Origin: Euglena gracilis
Lineage: Eukaryota
Assembly: GCA_039621445.1 (NCBI GenBank)
Contig: CP154954.1
Location: 5,131,955 to 5,195,954 of the forward strand
Reading direction: 5' to 3'
Length of the DNA stretch: 64,000 nucleotides
Below the pieces are notes generated by a model. That model made no database searches and had not been told where the DNA came from. It saw only the letters and a list, made by a program, of their open reading frames with translations. The position numbers were made by a program, and so were the translations under genes. Below, piece by piece: positions 38,901 through 52,347 of this stretch (the first letter of the stretch is position 1; every line of letters begins with the position of its first letter).

Positions 38901-39356
38901 CAGAGTTCTTTTGAACATGTTTTACCCTTGCCACCATCATGGAAATGTATCTTGTGGTATTTCTCAACAGGAAAATACACACACATCCGGGATTCCCCCA
39001 AATGAACGCAAAAAATATTATACATTAACAATGCATTGTCAGAATATTTTTTTCTAAAACTGGGGCAGAATAATTGGAGGAGCAACTTGTGCATTTTTTA
39101 TCCCTCCGATTTGTAGGATCCAATTCCTATTTTGCGGGGTCCTGCTTAGCTTTTAATCTCCTCGTTCTTTTGTGCTGCACTGATATACCGTTACACCACA
39201 GTTTTTTTTGGGGGGGCTCCTTAAACCATTGGTTGGTTGGTTAGTTGGCCGGTGGTCTTGTTTCCAACGCTGGGCTGGCTGCCTTAGAAGCCCCCTCACA
39301 CAGTCGAACGCGCTCGCCGCTGCCGCCCTAGCGCAGGCGAGTGTCTTGTCCTCTTA

Positions 39357-39974
39357 CCTCCCCCCCCCCTTGTCCAACGACCGAGCTTGTCTAACGACCG
39401 GGCTTGTCCAACGACCACCCCCCCCCCGGTCAGAGACGATCTTTTTTGTATACGATGTTGGTTCGGCCAAAATGGCTAAAAGTTGGCTAAAAACAGTCAA
39501 AAATAGCCCAAAATGGCCTAAAATGGCCAAAGGATGGCCAAAAGTGCCCAAAAAGTTGCCAAAAATAGCAAAAATAAGGCAAAAATGGCCAAACGTAGCC
39601 AAAAACAGCCTAAAGTGGCCAAAAATGGGCAACGTGGGCCAAAGTGTGGCCAACAGTTGCCAAAAGTGGCCAAAAGCGACCAAACATGGCGAAAAGCGGT
39701 CAAAAATGCCTAAAAATTCCCAAAAGTGCCCCAAAAATGTCCAAAAATGGCCAAAAGTGGCCAACCGTAGTCAAGAAATAGCATAAATGGCCAAAAACAG
39801 CCCAAAAATGGCCATATACCCCTATCTATGGTAAATTTTCCTCCAACTTGGGCTCCACCCCCCTTGTCTAACGACCACCCCCCCTGGTCGGAGACGAACA
39901 TTGGCCATTTTAGCGACCGCCCCCCCCAGTCGGAGACGAACATTAGTGGTCGTTGGACAAGGGGGGGGGGGAGG
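39357..39974. mobile_element. TA-target MITE, poly-C TIR family
   Basis: TA-CCTC(C)nTTGTCCAACGACC ... GGTCGTTGGACAA(G)nAGG-TA; interior of degenerate CCAAAA(A/G)TGG 10-11-mers. Confidence 0.9.
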
Positions 39975-41059
39975 TACAGGAACAACACGTTAGTTCCTGT
40001 TGTGCTGCTGCTGACCGTTTTCTGGATGCACGCCCACCCAAGCCCGCATTGTCAGAAGCACACCAATGGAGCACTGGACCACTCTCTGTACGTACGTTCT
40101 TACCGAAAAAAGCAGCTTTCCTGGTTTACATAATGTAGCTTCGGCGACGTGTGCGTTTCTGTGGTCGATTTGTTAACTCGTAAATCATGTTAGTTGAAGA
40201 CCTTCTGAAAATGAAGAATTGTTGAAATGGATTCAAGAGGATGGGCAGGGTTCTGTGCAACGACCTCCCCCTCTTCTGGTCCGATGCAATCTTTCTGGAT
40301 ACGTTGGCTCCATAAATATGTAAACATTTTTTTTGCTTTTTTTTGCTAATAAAAAATGGTAAAATGAACGAAAAAATGGAAAATATCACAATATATGGGA
40401 AATATCAAATGGAAAAAGTTTTAGCGACCGCCTCCCTGGTCAGAGGCAAACATTTATGGCCGTTGAATGGGGGGTTTTTGGGTGTCGAGAAAACGTCGAG
40501 ACCAGGGTTCTTCAAAAGGACTCACAGTACAACTCTGGGGGTGTCGACTGCAGCTAGTCCAAACTTGGTTTGGACCCCCCAGGGGTTCCGCTTGCAGGCC
40601 AGGTGGTGTTTTTTTTCCCACAAGTGACTGGCACAAAGCACCGGAAACTTTTTATTTGACCCCCAAAACCTGCCAAACATACCCAATTTGCATTTTTTGG
40701 CATTTTTCCTGGAAAAAAAACCAGCCAAAACAACACACAAAAACCCATTTCCACCTGGGCGAGCAGCTAGTTGGGGTGAGTTTTCCAGTTGGGGTACCTG
40801 GGGGGCCCCGGACCCTGGACCTCCCAGGAGAGAGGGGTCCAGCTAGTGGCTTTTCTAGTGGCTAGTTTTCGGACCCCCAGGTATCCCAAGGCATAATGCA
40901 ATACGTATGCGTGCCTGCGCGCGTTTTTGGTTGTGTGAATTTATGTGTTTGGTTTTTGTTTACAGGTGTTGATTTTTTTTATTTCAAATTGTCCCATCAC
41001 GCTGGTTTTTCGCATTGGCACTCGATTCGGCTGCATTGGTCCTGAACCTTTGCACCTAC

Positions 41060-41770
41060 AATCTGACCAAGGTCTTCAAAATTCATTTCCGTTCCGCCCT
41101 GCTTGCTGGAGTATAGTTAGAGAACGCTTTCTTCCTTCCCACCTCATTCGTTGCACTGCGACCGCTTTGACCCTAACATGTCTTTGCCTGTGGTAACAGA
41201 GGGTGCTTTGTTTGTGGTTGTCTGTCCATTGACTCCCTGTTTGCGTTTTTAGGTGCTTACCCCTCCCCCCCATTTGTAATGAACCCCCTTGCCCAATGAA
41301 CAAGGGGTGTGGACCTTCCAGTTTGTTAGCTTTTACAGCAATGAAAATGCCCATATACTCACGCTCAAAGAGTTTGCCTAATTCTCTAGATTTCATTTTG
41401 GTGTCCATTCGGCTTGGGGGGGGGGAGGACGTACATGAATATCACTGCAAATTAAAAAATACCTGCGTTTCATGGATTCCAGACCATTTCGCATTCCCCA
41501 TTGGAAAGTGGTCAACCAACGATGGTGGGTCAGGCGTGAACCGTCACTGCTTGATGGGACAAGACATCGGAAGACTCGCCACAATGCTGCTTTCGCGGCA
41601 TGGCCCCTTTCCAACCCATGGCCCCAATCCAACTTCGCCTCATCGCGGAGCTCTCCTCATACCGGTCAATCCGAATGCAGATTGGTTTCACCAATTATCC
41701 TATGAGTGTTTTCATTGGTGGGATTTACCTGCTGATGATGTACCACTGTTTATATATTATTACCACCTGT
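41060..41770 (+). pseudogene. Possible degenerate DIRS-type retrotransposon fragment (end of RNase H plus methyltransferase-like domain)
   Basis: WSIVRERFLPSHLIRCTATALT resembles the A.YIP...N..AD.LSR RNase H end; IPDHFAF and GALLIPVNPNADWFHQL...DLP...PLF resemble DLFAS and L+AP.WP...WF..L motifs. Recognised by eye only. Confidence 0.35.
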
Positions 41771-41964
41771 AAAAGAAATCATTTTTCGTCTTTGTTTTTT
41801 TTGACGCATTCGGAATGTGCGAATTGCGTGTGCCAAGATACTTGGTACCTATGGCATCCTGCTGAAGCGTCCCCACTGCTGCATCATTTGTTGAACACCG
41901 GTTGCAGTGTATTCTACTTGAGTTGAGTTGGACATTGCGATGGTCCATCTGAATGAGAAACTTA

Positions 41965-42360
41965 CCCCCCCCCCCCCGTGGTACGACCACCCCTCATTTA
42001 CGACCACCCCCCGGTCACAGGTTGCAGGTCATGGGGGTGTTAATGATCATCCCCCCCCCGGTCGCAGGTTGCAGGTTGCGAATTTTTTTTTGTATTTTTG
42101 AATATGTTCCGTGGATGATGCTGTTGTTTCCAAGTGTCGTTGCTTTTCATGCCCCGTCCCCCCCATTCCCCCCGGGGGATGTCCAGCAAGCAGCTCGTTT
42201 CCAGCCAGCAGCCTTTTTGCCAGCCGGAGGCTGGACCCCTCCGGGGTCCTTAAGAAAACCCCTGTTAACACCACCTTACCTACGACCGCCCCCCTCATTT
42301 ATGACACCCCCCGGTCGCAGGTTGCAAGAACCCGGTTGTACGACAAAGGGGGGGGGCGGG
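41965..42360. mobile_element. TA-target MITE, poly-C TIR family (GGTCGCAGGTTGCA subfamily)
   Basis: TA(C)nGTGGTACGACC ... GGTTGTACGACAAA(G)nCGGG; same internal motifs as 49560-49685. Confidence 0.75.
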
Positions 42361-45300
42361 TTCCTGCAGCCACCCCCCCCCCCCAAATGTTTAGCTCCCT
42401 CAACTTTTCATTTTGGTGGGATTTCAAGATCCTCAGGGGGCGTTACATTTTTAGGGGCGAAGTCAAACTATCTGGGTGACCAACACAAACATTTCTTGTG
42501 AATCCCTATTTTGTGTACGACTTCCTGAATTTCTGGGACGAGGAGGACGTTGGCCTTAAGTAATTGAAAGTAGCAAGTTTGACGGATTCAGCCTGCGCCC
42601 ATCAACCAATCGCCCCCGCCGACACCTAATTGTACAGCTTTCCACGCTTTCCCCTATTTCGGGCCAGGCTCCTTCAGTTGTTCTGAAATGCTGAATTGGT
42701 GAGGATTTTTGTTTGAAGTCCAACCTGCTGGGTCACGTGGGTCATGTGCGGATTTTGCGCTGTCGTAGGTTTTGAACTTGGAAGTGGAAGTGGAATCCAG
42801 ACCGAAGCTCGGTATGGAGTAAACAGAATCACCCCGAAAACTCCGTTTCCGAAGAAGTCTCTCCCCATTCCTTTGGGAGTCGCTGCCCGGAAGCCGTGCG
42901 GCAAGCTGTTACGATTGAGGTGTGGAAGCGGCGCAAGCGACAGGGAATCCTGCTTAGAGGTTGCCTCCATGGGCTGTTGACCACAGCTGCCTTTGCCTTT
43001 GGCCCTTGCTGGCTGTTCTATGGGTTTCCTCAGTTGGAATCAACCCGTGTGTACCACATTTCGTTAAAATGGCCCAAAATGCCCTGAAATGGCCAAATAT
43101 GGCCTACAATGACCTTTTGGCCCCCTATGGGGGGTCCCTGGAATGACCTGAAATGGCCTAAAATGGCCTAAAATGGGAAATATTCTGTTGCACAAAATTT
43201 CTTTTCTGTGGACAATTTGAAGCCATCAGGTGATGATTTCCGTGTATGTGGATGGCAACCGGTGGATTTGGTGGACGATGGTTGAGGAGCCTGCCCCTCT
43301 GACAAACAAACAAACAAACACATTTTATCCCATTTGTGTGAAGCTAAAAAGGTTTGATATCTGACCACTAAATTGCAACCCAGCAGCTAGCAAAAATGGC
43401 CTGACAAGGCCTAAAATGGACTAAAGTGGCCTAAAATGGCCCAAAATGTCTCAAGTTGGCCCGAAGTGCCCCAAAATGCCCCAAAATGAAAATAATTTTG
43501 CGGCTTGAAATTTTTATCATCCATTGAATGTTTTCCCCCACGTGTGGAGCTTCAGACACCTTAAATGACTTTTTGACCTGACCTCCGGAAAATGTGAAAT
43601 GGCAGACAGCTTGGATGCCGCATATGGCAAATGATTGTCTCTTCTGAGATGGTGGGGATCCCCGTGCTCATGGCTTCAGCAAACTTCTCCAGCAAGAACC
43701 TAAAACCGAAGCACCTGGAACATTCCTTAAAATTGAATTGAAAAAATGTTTTTCAGTTTTTTAAATTTTTGAGTTGGAAAAATACAATTTTTGGAATCAG
43801 CGCCATTGCATTTCCTCAAAAAAGGGTTTTGCAACCATCATTTGCCCTTCCAGATAACATTTTGTCCAACATTTTTCCAAATAGAATTTTCTGCAGAAAA
43901 TACCTACCATTCAGAATTCCTCTACGGGTATGGATTAAGGTTTGTTGAGCTTCCTGTGGTTTCGATCCAGTGCCAATGAATTTTGCATGCTTTTTTTGGA
44001 TGCGCATTTCCTTAGGAATAAGCGAATTTTTGCACACACAATGATGCAGTTTTTGGACAAAACAACCCAAAATTATGATTTTCAGAACCCCCACCAATAG
44101 TTTAAAATGGCTTCAAATGGCTTTAAATGGCTTAAAATGGGCAAATTTTTGGGCTTCACTGTAGTTGTTTGCCTGTGTGGCTTTTGGTCCACAATTTTGC
44201 TGCCTGAAGTTAGTTCCCTGCAGATGCCCGCCACTTGGTTTCACAGGGCCAGGCAAGGACAGCTACCGGATCCTACCGGGTCCCACCGGACCCCACCGGA
44301 TCCCTCCTGAGACAAAAAATTAGGGATGACTGTCCTTGCCTGCACAGGGCTTGTTTACGTCCAATATTTTTCACCAAACGCACAGGAGTGCACTGAACCC
44401 CAATGATATTTTCTCTCGGTTTCACCTTTGATGTCGGCCCGTCTACCCAGAGGAAGTTGTGCGTCTTTCCAAACCGTGACCTAATGCCTCCAAGATGAAC
44501 AAACACCAAAAGGTTGGGAAATCAGTTTCGGTGTGAAGCACCACATTTTTTTTCATTCGCGCTTATTCATTTGTCTAAGGACCCCCATCCTTTCCAGGCC
44601 TTATCAGGGGAAATGCAAAGAGCTGTTGACCAAAACCTGGTCAATTAGTGCCTAGACAAGGCCACCAGAGGCAAAGGGTGGCGATCCACCCCCTGGTGGC
44701 GCCTCTCAGAACAGAAACGGGCTCACCCCGACCCCAGGGATGCCATTCCACCAGCTCATGCACCCAATGTCCAGCCTACCCCTCCGCATTTCAGCATTGA
44801 AATAGTCACCGATACCACGGACCGTATTGTTTGCTTGGGGGGCACACCTCTTGCAGTCTGAAAGGTGTGCCAGTGGTGGAATGACTCTCCTTCCCAACCT
44901 GCCATGGGGTTGACCTAGCCCGCGTTGTCTGCCCAAATTTTTTCGCTGTTTTTTTCACGGAAAAGTTCACGGGTACCCGTAAACTTTTGCTCCAAAAATT
45001 TCCGGGAAAATTTCTGGGTTGGTTGCCACCTCGATAAAAACGACCCCTTTGACCCCGTTTTGGACACTTTAGGCTTTTTGCTGTATCAGGAATTTTTGGC
45101 CCTTTTGTGTCGATTCCACTGATGTCCACATTTTTCCCCAAGAATTCTCTTAATTTTGGTGCCGGCTGAAATCAACTGCCACCCCCCCAGCAGAGGCTGT
45201 TTCCGAAACTTTGTGTTTGGCCCCAAAAAGGCCCGATAATTGCTGTACAGCGGTTATCTGGCTAAATGCCTGCAAAACCCGTAAACACCGTTTTCCTCAT

Positions 45301-48300
45301 TTCCTTTTGCAACAGTGAGACCCCTTGCTTCTCCTGGGCAGGAAAAGAAGGTTTACGGGAAACCGTGAAGTGAATGATGTTTACGGTTTACCGTGAACAT
45401 TGTTTGAAGTATGCAAATAAGCCGTGTTAACGAGGGGGTGTAGGGCTCTCGTTCTTGGTTCCCCTGATGGCTTTCAAGCAGCTGGACACCCCCCGGTGCT
45501 CCCCCCTTGCCTCTTGGATTGGTAGGGCATCACACAGGAGCGGTAGATTGCCAAAAGCCGAAGGGGGGATACCGTTGCTGTGAGGGTACTCTGGAGGAGT
45601 TATGTCGTTTCCACCACTCAACTCCTGGGAGCGGAGTCAACAGCCGCCGCCAGAATGCCCCGTATTTTTCTGACTGGGCCCCAAGCTGTTTTGAAACGCA
45701 CTTTCCGAGTCCACCTAAACTGCCAGATGGGGGGTCTCCCAGAGGGGGGAAGGACACATTCAGGCAGGAGAGCGGTTTTGGTGAGAGTGTTCCGACCCAC
45801 TGCCCACTCTGTGAATCACTACTCAGCGCCACCATGTCAATCCATTGCAACCTATTTTGGGCTCTCCTGATAAGAAGCAAACCGTCTGCTGCGCTTAGGA
45901 CCAGTGCAGTGGGAGGGGGAAGCTCATCGGATCTCACCCCATCAGCCTGCTTGACGAGGAGAGCAGAGGTTCTCCTCCTTCACGGTTGACCGTAAACAAC
46001 GCACAAAGTGAGTTTTACGTGAAACCGTAAACAGTGCTCGGTTCAAGAAAGGTTTACGTGAAATCGTAAATGAAGAAAGGTTTACGTGAAACTGTAAATA
46101 TCCGGATATCAGTGTTTTTGCCCCTGTGGTGCCACAGACTTTCTCCGTTGTTGTCTCGGGCCCAGAAGTGGAGGGGCAACCCCCCAGCTGGTGCGCACTC
46201 ACCCAAGTGGTTTTCAGGTAATCTCACACAGCTGAGTCGTGCTCGTTGCATTCTTTCCACCCTTTTCAAGCAAGTCGCTCGTGTCTCTCTGTCGATCTCT
46301 CGCGATGGACTGTGCTTTAAAGATAGAGGAGAGGGGGTTCCCTGAAATAACACTGCTTTTTGCGGTCCAAAGATTATTTGCAGTGATCAAAAGAAGTTCC
46401 CTATAAAATGACCCGCTAACCTTCGAAACGTATTGGCGAAGGATGCTGCAAAGAAGGCTATTTTTTTGACCTGTTGAAAGCCGCCAAAAAAATCTTTGAT
46501 TTTTTTGGCGGTTGTCAGTGACAATCCTCAGAGTCCGTTGCTCTGAGTAGTGTTTCCCACAATTGCAACAAGCATCAGCGGATGGGTTCTGAAAACGTAC
46601 TCTACGCTCCACAGTTTCACGTTCAGCATAATTCAGCCTCTTTGCAGAGCTCTTCAAACCTGCAGAGCGAAATGTGTTTCTGAGGGCAGTTCTCTATAAT
46701 GTTGAAATGGAATGCGCAAATGGATGAATAATTTTCCGGGACATTCCTGTAAGTGGGGGAGTTTGAAGGGAAACCGCATTGGATTCTTAAGATGCGGGGT
46801 ACCTTGATGTTGGGATGGAGCTGCTGAGGCCTATCAAGTGGTGAGGAAGCAGGGTGACCCCCTGCAGTGAGCCCTTAAACAGCTCATTCTGGGTTGTTGT
46901 TGACGGACCTTTCTTGGGGGGCATCGGGGGAAGTCGGGGGAACGGAGGGCACCTGTTACCCAGCCCAAGGTGTGCCGAGGTGATTGCGGCCGGTCTATGG
47001 CAACTGGGCTCATTAGCAGTAACTTGGTTTCTGTGCCCAGAGTGAAGTCTGTTCTCCAAACCTGTCCTAAGTTTACGTGAAACCTTGAACATCATTTCAT
47101 TATGTCGCAACTGCACCTGGTGAGAGGGGGAACCGACGCCCCACAAGCAACCCCAGCCAGTGTTTGTGGGGAACACCTCCGCAGCTTGGCACCAACACTA
47201 CACTGACATGAGCAAAGCGTGCCTTGTTCCAGTGCTGTTCCCACAGAACGTTGGGACCGTACCAGGAAGGGATGCACCGATAACAAATAATTTCAGAAAG
47301 CAAGTTTACGGAAACCCGTGACCATGTTCAGTCGTTGCATTGGACATATGGGGTGGGGGCTGGGTCAAAAGGGCTATAACCACAGCTCCTGGTGGTTGGA
47401 GACAAGGTTCGGGTCCCATTCACAAACAAGAGGGGAGCAGCACAAGTCCGCGGGAAACCGTAAACAAGTTCAAGGTCACGGTTCTCCGTAAACTTCTGTT
47501 TTTGAATGTTTACGGATAACCGTGAACCTCCTTCACCGCGCAACCTTTTTTTCGGGCTCCCAACCGTTCAGGGGAACCCGTAAGGCATCGGCAGGGTGGA
47601 ACAATCCCAGAACTATTTCAGAACACCTTGGGACCCACAATTTTCACGGCAAAATCGGAAAATTCGGGCGAAATCGGGGCGTTTTTCGGGTGGGCAGACA
47701 ACGCGGGCTAGGGTTACTCCGGGCCATATCGGACCTCCTCCCCCCACCCAACCCTGACCACTTTGCGGGCAGCAGTGTGCAGTTTGACCTCGCTGAACCA
47801 TCAATGTACTGGAGGGAGCCGCCCGTGGGACGCTTCACCGGCGAATTTCCACGATTCCAGTGATTTTGTTTGGGAGAATGGCAAAGATTGTGTTTGTTCC
47901 TGGACCAATAACCGGGAAGCGGTCAGTGCTACCTGAATCGGGCATTTCCCCCTGCATGGAAAACAAGGTTGCAAGCAAAAGAGCGATGTAAAGAAAACCT
48001 CGGAAATTGCCGCCATGGAGGCCTTTCAACCCTATGGGGACATGTACCTCCCCGCAACGTGGGAATGTGCCTTGGCCCATGGTGCCTGCCATGGCAGAAG
48101 CACAAAGAGGTTCCCATAAAGGTGGCATTTTACCCCTGCTCGGCACTATCCGTGTTGGGTGTGCCGCCCTATACCCCTGGACCCTGTGACATGCCCCCCC
48201 CCCCCCCCCCCGGCGAAGGGGCAGTGCTCGGGGGGGGGGGGGCTGGACCTGTATTTTTTTATAGTATCCGAAGCCTATTTTCAAGTAATTTCTTTTTTGA

Positions 48301-48401
48301 TTAAAAAAAACATCACAGAAACCATAAAAATATGACATAAATTGAAATAACCAGATAGATTAAAACAAAGTGAAAATAAGTAATATTTAATTTTAATATT
48401 A

Positions 48402-49685
48402 CCTGCCCCCCCCCCCTAGTTGCACTAAGGCTTCTTGTCTGTTTATGGCCGGCGCTAACTTCGCTTCTGGCCCAGTTTGCTGTGTGGTGAGTGGCCAGGT
48501 ACCCCTTAAACCAGTGCTCTTTTGTTGCTCCGCCTGGCCGGGTGAGCAGCTCTGGTGTAATTCCAGCGCTGTAGGGACATACAGTCACCTTGTGTGGTTG
48601 GTGTGGTTCCATTGGGTGGGTCTACACCCTTGCGCCCCAGTGCTGCTCTTGCCTCCTGCCCTCTTCCCACTTTTCTGTGTGGGGGATGCATGGTGTAGGC
48701 ACAACACCATGACTTGAAAAATTCCGGTGTGGCCTCACGGTCCTGTGGCTTTGGTAAACCCGGGTCACCAAATCTCGGCCTTAGGACAGTTGGCGGGTGG
48801 GTAGTGTGCCGCTGGGTACCAGTAGTTCCTTACATACTGGTACCCGCGCTCCATGCCCTGTCTGGGGTTGGTTTGGGCGGTCCTCTGCCTCGTGGGTGGA
48901 TCCCTCTCTGCTGACTTCCCCTTTGGGGTTGGGTTGCTGGGGGTGTGCTCCTACTAGGCCGGCGAGCCCAACGGCCCCCCTGCCATATCCCCCAGGCGGT
49001 CGCACGAAGCGGCCATGCCCCCCTACAGAGGCATCGGAGTCGCGTTTTCCGCTGCTGGATTCCGCGGGGGTCCCACTTTCTTCCCCTCACTCCTCCCATT
49101 TTCCCTTCTGGCCACAGGGGTGGGCCGGGTTGGTCAAGGCCACCAGGGGCACCCGGGTGGGCTGGTCAAGGCCCTCTGGGGTACCCGGACACCAAAGCGA
49201 TGGCTATTCAGGGCCTTGGGCACCCTCGCTTTGGCGACGTTCCCACCACTGCAACACACCACCTAAAATCGTCACAAATGGTGTGTGGTCACCGCTTCTG
49301 GTTGCCACGTGAGTACGTGGCCCCACGGCTTGCGTGGGTGGTCCCCCTTAGTTGCACTAAGGCTTCTTGTCTGTTTATGGCCGGCACAAACTTCGCTTCT
49401 GGCCCAGCTGGCTGTGTGGTGAGTGGCCAGGTACCCCTTACACCAGTGCTCTTTTGTTGCTCCGCCTGGCTGAGTGAGCAACTCTGGTGTAATTCCAGCG
49501 CTGTAGGGACATACACTCACCTTGTGTGGTTGGTGTGGTTCCCGCTGGTGTGGTTCCCCTTGTCGTACAACCGCCCCTCATTAACGACCCCCCCCCGGTC
49601 GCAGGTTGCAGGTTATGGGGGTTACGCCCCCCCCCCCCCCGGTCGCAGGTTGCAGGAACCCGGTCGTACGACAGGGGGGGGCGGG
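48402..49685. mobile_element. TA-target MITE whose left TIR is interrupted by an insertion
   Basis: TA-CCTGCCCCCCCC[insert]CCCTTGTCGTACAACC ... GGTCGTACGACAGGGGGGGGCGGG-TA. Confidence 0.8.
48417..49560. mobile_element. Non-coding element bounded by ~194-bp direct repeats (48417-48610 and 49349-49542)
   Basis: Two near-identical copies TAGTTGCACTAAGG...GTGTGGTTCC; no TG..CA ends; CCCCT at both junctions. Confidence 0.85.
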
Positions 49686-50134
49686 TAATAAGTTTTTAAT
49701 ATTAATTATTTTATATTATATACATATTTTTTTCATTTTATATTTTTCATTTTGTTTTATATAAATCAATTTTATTTTATATAAATAAACTAAATAGGCA
49801 GCACCTCTGCGCATGATTTGTGCTGCATCTTCTTTGAAGTTCTGGGCACACCGCACTTTTGGATGTTTCCACTTTCGCTTTCAGAACTTTCGCTTTCAGG
49901 AACACCATCAATTCTCTAGAACGCTTGGAAATGGAATCCCCCGCGCCCCAGGACCTCCCCCACCCCCTCCCCATAACCCTCACTCTCCACTCATTTTTGA
50001 GGGTATTTTATTCATTTTATTTTTTTGCGTGTCCCCCTGAATTGGTCAGAAATGCCCCAAAGCAGTGGGGTTGTCGGCTTGCTTCCCCTCCTTCGCCAGA
50101 AAATCGCTGCCGTGGGGTCACGCGGTCATACGCC

Positions 50135-50285
50135 CAGTCATGTGCGGTGTCATATGTGCGGTATCATGTCATGTGCGGTGTCATGTGTGCAGTGTCATGT
50201 CATGTGCGGTGTCATGTGTGCAGTGTCATGTCATGTGCGGCGTCATGTGCGGTGTGCGCAGCCATACTCCCAGTCATGTGCGGTG
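50135..50285. repeat. GTCAT/GTGCG degenerate tandem repeat
   Basis: Directly visible; similar CATGT repeat at ~60340-60435. Confidence 0.85.
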
Positions 50286-51835
50286 CCCCGGGGGATGTGC
50301 CGGCCCCTCGCACGCCCCTGCACGCTTGCTGCATTCCGCCTCGGTCGCCTCCATCCCCAGGGTGGGACGCGCTGCCCGCTGCCCAGGCGTGGGGGATGCC
50401 AACCATAGAGGCTGAGGACCAGCCTCCGTATGTCTCGTGGATGTAGTCTCCCCTTCTTAACCCCAGGTTTTCACCTTGCATTGTCTTATTGACAATCAAC
50501 AGAAAGGTTCAGGGTTCTTTGGTAATTAAGGTGTCTATTGTTCTTTTTTCCCCATTGGACCACCCCTCCACCAGGCTCATGGTTGCACATTTTATTGTGG
50601 TATATCATTTGTTATAAGACGCTGTTTTTCAAACTGTTTTTTTGTGTTGATTATTTTTGCAAGGTTTTGTTGTGCATGCATGTGTTGGTTTTGAGAGATT
50701 TGCTTAGAAATAATTTCGATTCAATATAATTTTCTGATTTGGGATCCAATTTTCAGCTGAGACCTGTTTTTCGCCAGAAATAGAAAACTTCGAACCTTTG
50801 GTTCCTAATCATACATGCGTTCTGTTTCTTGACGATTTGCTAACAGCACTTATCTGTTAGGTGGCCAAAACGTTCAGTCCGGAACCAATTTTTGTAAAGT
50901 TTCCTAATTGATGCGTCTTGTTTCTAGCTTATTTTTTTTCTACATACAAAATGTATTGTAGATCATTTTGTAAATTTCTGATCACAAATCTCCACCCCAA
51001 TCGACAGAAGTGCTTCTTTTGCATTCCCAACTCAGGCATGTTTTTTTCTCGATGTGAACCCGGGGAGTGGGGTCGAGTTCCACCGTGGGTGGCCCAGTCT
51101 CCCCATCAGGCTTCCAAGTGCCCTCCACGGTCACGGGGATCTGTAAAAACCGATGGGGCGCGAGCAAACCTTTTATTGTGTTTCAATTTTTTTTCAATAA
51201 AAAAATGGTGAAACTGTGGATCGTTTTTGGCGTCCCATTCTCCGCCGGCCCACCCTGGCGGTCTCTCCCTCCCGACGTCGTGCCTCTGCCATTGGCAGGG
51301 ACTCTCCCCCCTCCAGTCTGCACCGCCAGCGCCGACTGCACCTCCAGCGCGCCTGGCCTTCCACATGCGCTCAGCCGCCACGAGTCCCGCAATCTCGGGT
51401 GGCAAAGAGACCTTTCCTCCCCTGGACTGACCCCGTGTGGAAAGCCGTGCAAGACAACCGTACACACGTCTCTGTCTTTTGCTCTTTGCCAGGAGCAGGC
51501 ATTATTATTTTCCCCAAAATTTTAAGGTATTTTTTAAAGATTTTTTAAGGCATTCGAAGGCTTTCCAAGGCGCTATTTTCCAGGTGGTCCAAGGGCTATC
51601 CAACCAACTTTTTTTGATTTTGAATGTTTTCCAAAATCAAGTCCAAGTGTTTTCCAAAAAAAGTAAAAAAAGCATTTTTTGAATTTTGGTTGGGCAGATG
51701 ATGTTCCAGCGATGCCAGAAATCATTTTTTTCTTCCTGGATTTGGCTCGAGGTTTTGCGCTTTGATATTTGTTCAGTCGGAGAAAAACCACCAGTGCTAA
51801 TTGTTTAAGGCATTTTCAAGCATTTTCAAGAGTTT

Positions 51836-52166
51836 ATACATACATACATACATACACACATACATACATACATACATACATACATACATACATACATACA
51901 TACATACATACATACATACATACATACATACATACATACAAACATACATACATACATACATACATACATACATACATACATACATACATACATACATACA
52001 TACATACATACATACATACATACATACATACATACATACATACATACATACATACATACATACATACATACATACATACATACATACATACATACATACA
52101 TACATACATACATACATACATACATACATGCATGCATGCATACATACATACATACATACATACATA
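51836..52166. repeat. (TACA)n microsatellite
   Basis: Directly visible; source of the HTYI/MYVC ORFs. Confidence 0.97.
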
Positions 52167-52347
52167 CCTCCCCCCCTTGTCGTTGACACGGTGTGTTCGT
52201 TGACACCCCCCCCCCCCGTGTCGACGACACTTTTCTGGAACACTACCTATTGAATCACAGTCACATTGACGTGGCGTATCGTTGACACACCCCCCGTGTC
52301 AACGGCACTCTCCTGGAACATTGGCATGTCAACGACAAGGGGGGGGT
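52167..52347. mobile_element. TA-target MITE, poly-C TIR family
   Basis: TA-CCTCCCCCCCTTGTCGTTGACA ... TGTCAACGACAAGGGGGGGGT-TA, abutting the (TACA)n array. Confidence 0.85.

Noticed and set aside
39208-39786. 192-aa KWPK-repeat ORF and possible CRISPR-like periodicity
   Set aside because: Degenerate 10-11-mer interior of a MITE; no unique spacers, no cas genes, eukaryotic context.
51769-52253. HTYI/MYVC repeat ORFs
   Set aside because: Translation of the (TACA)n microsatellite.
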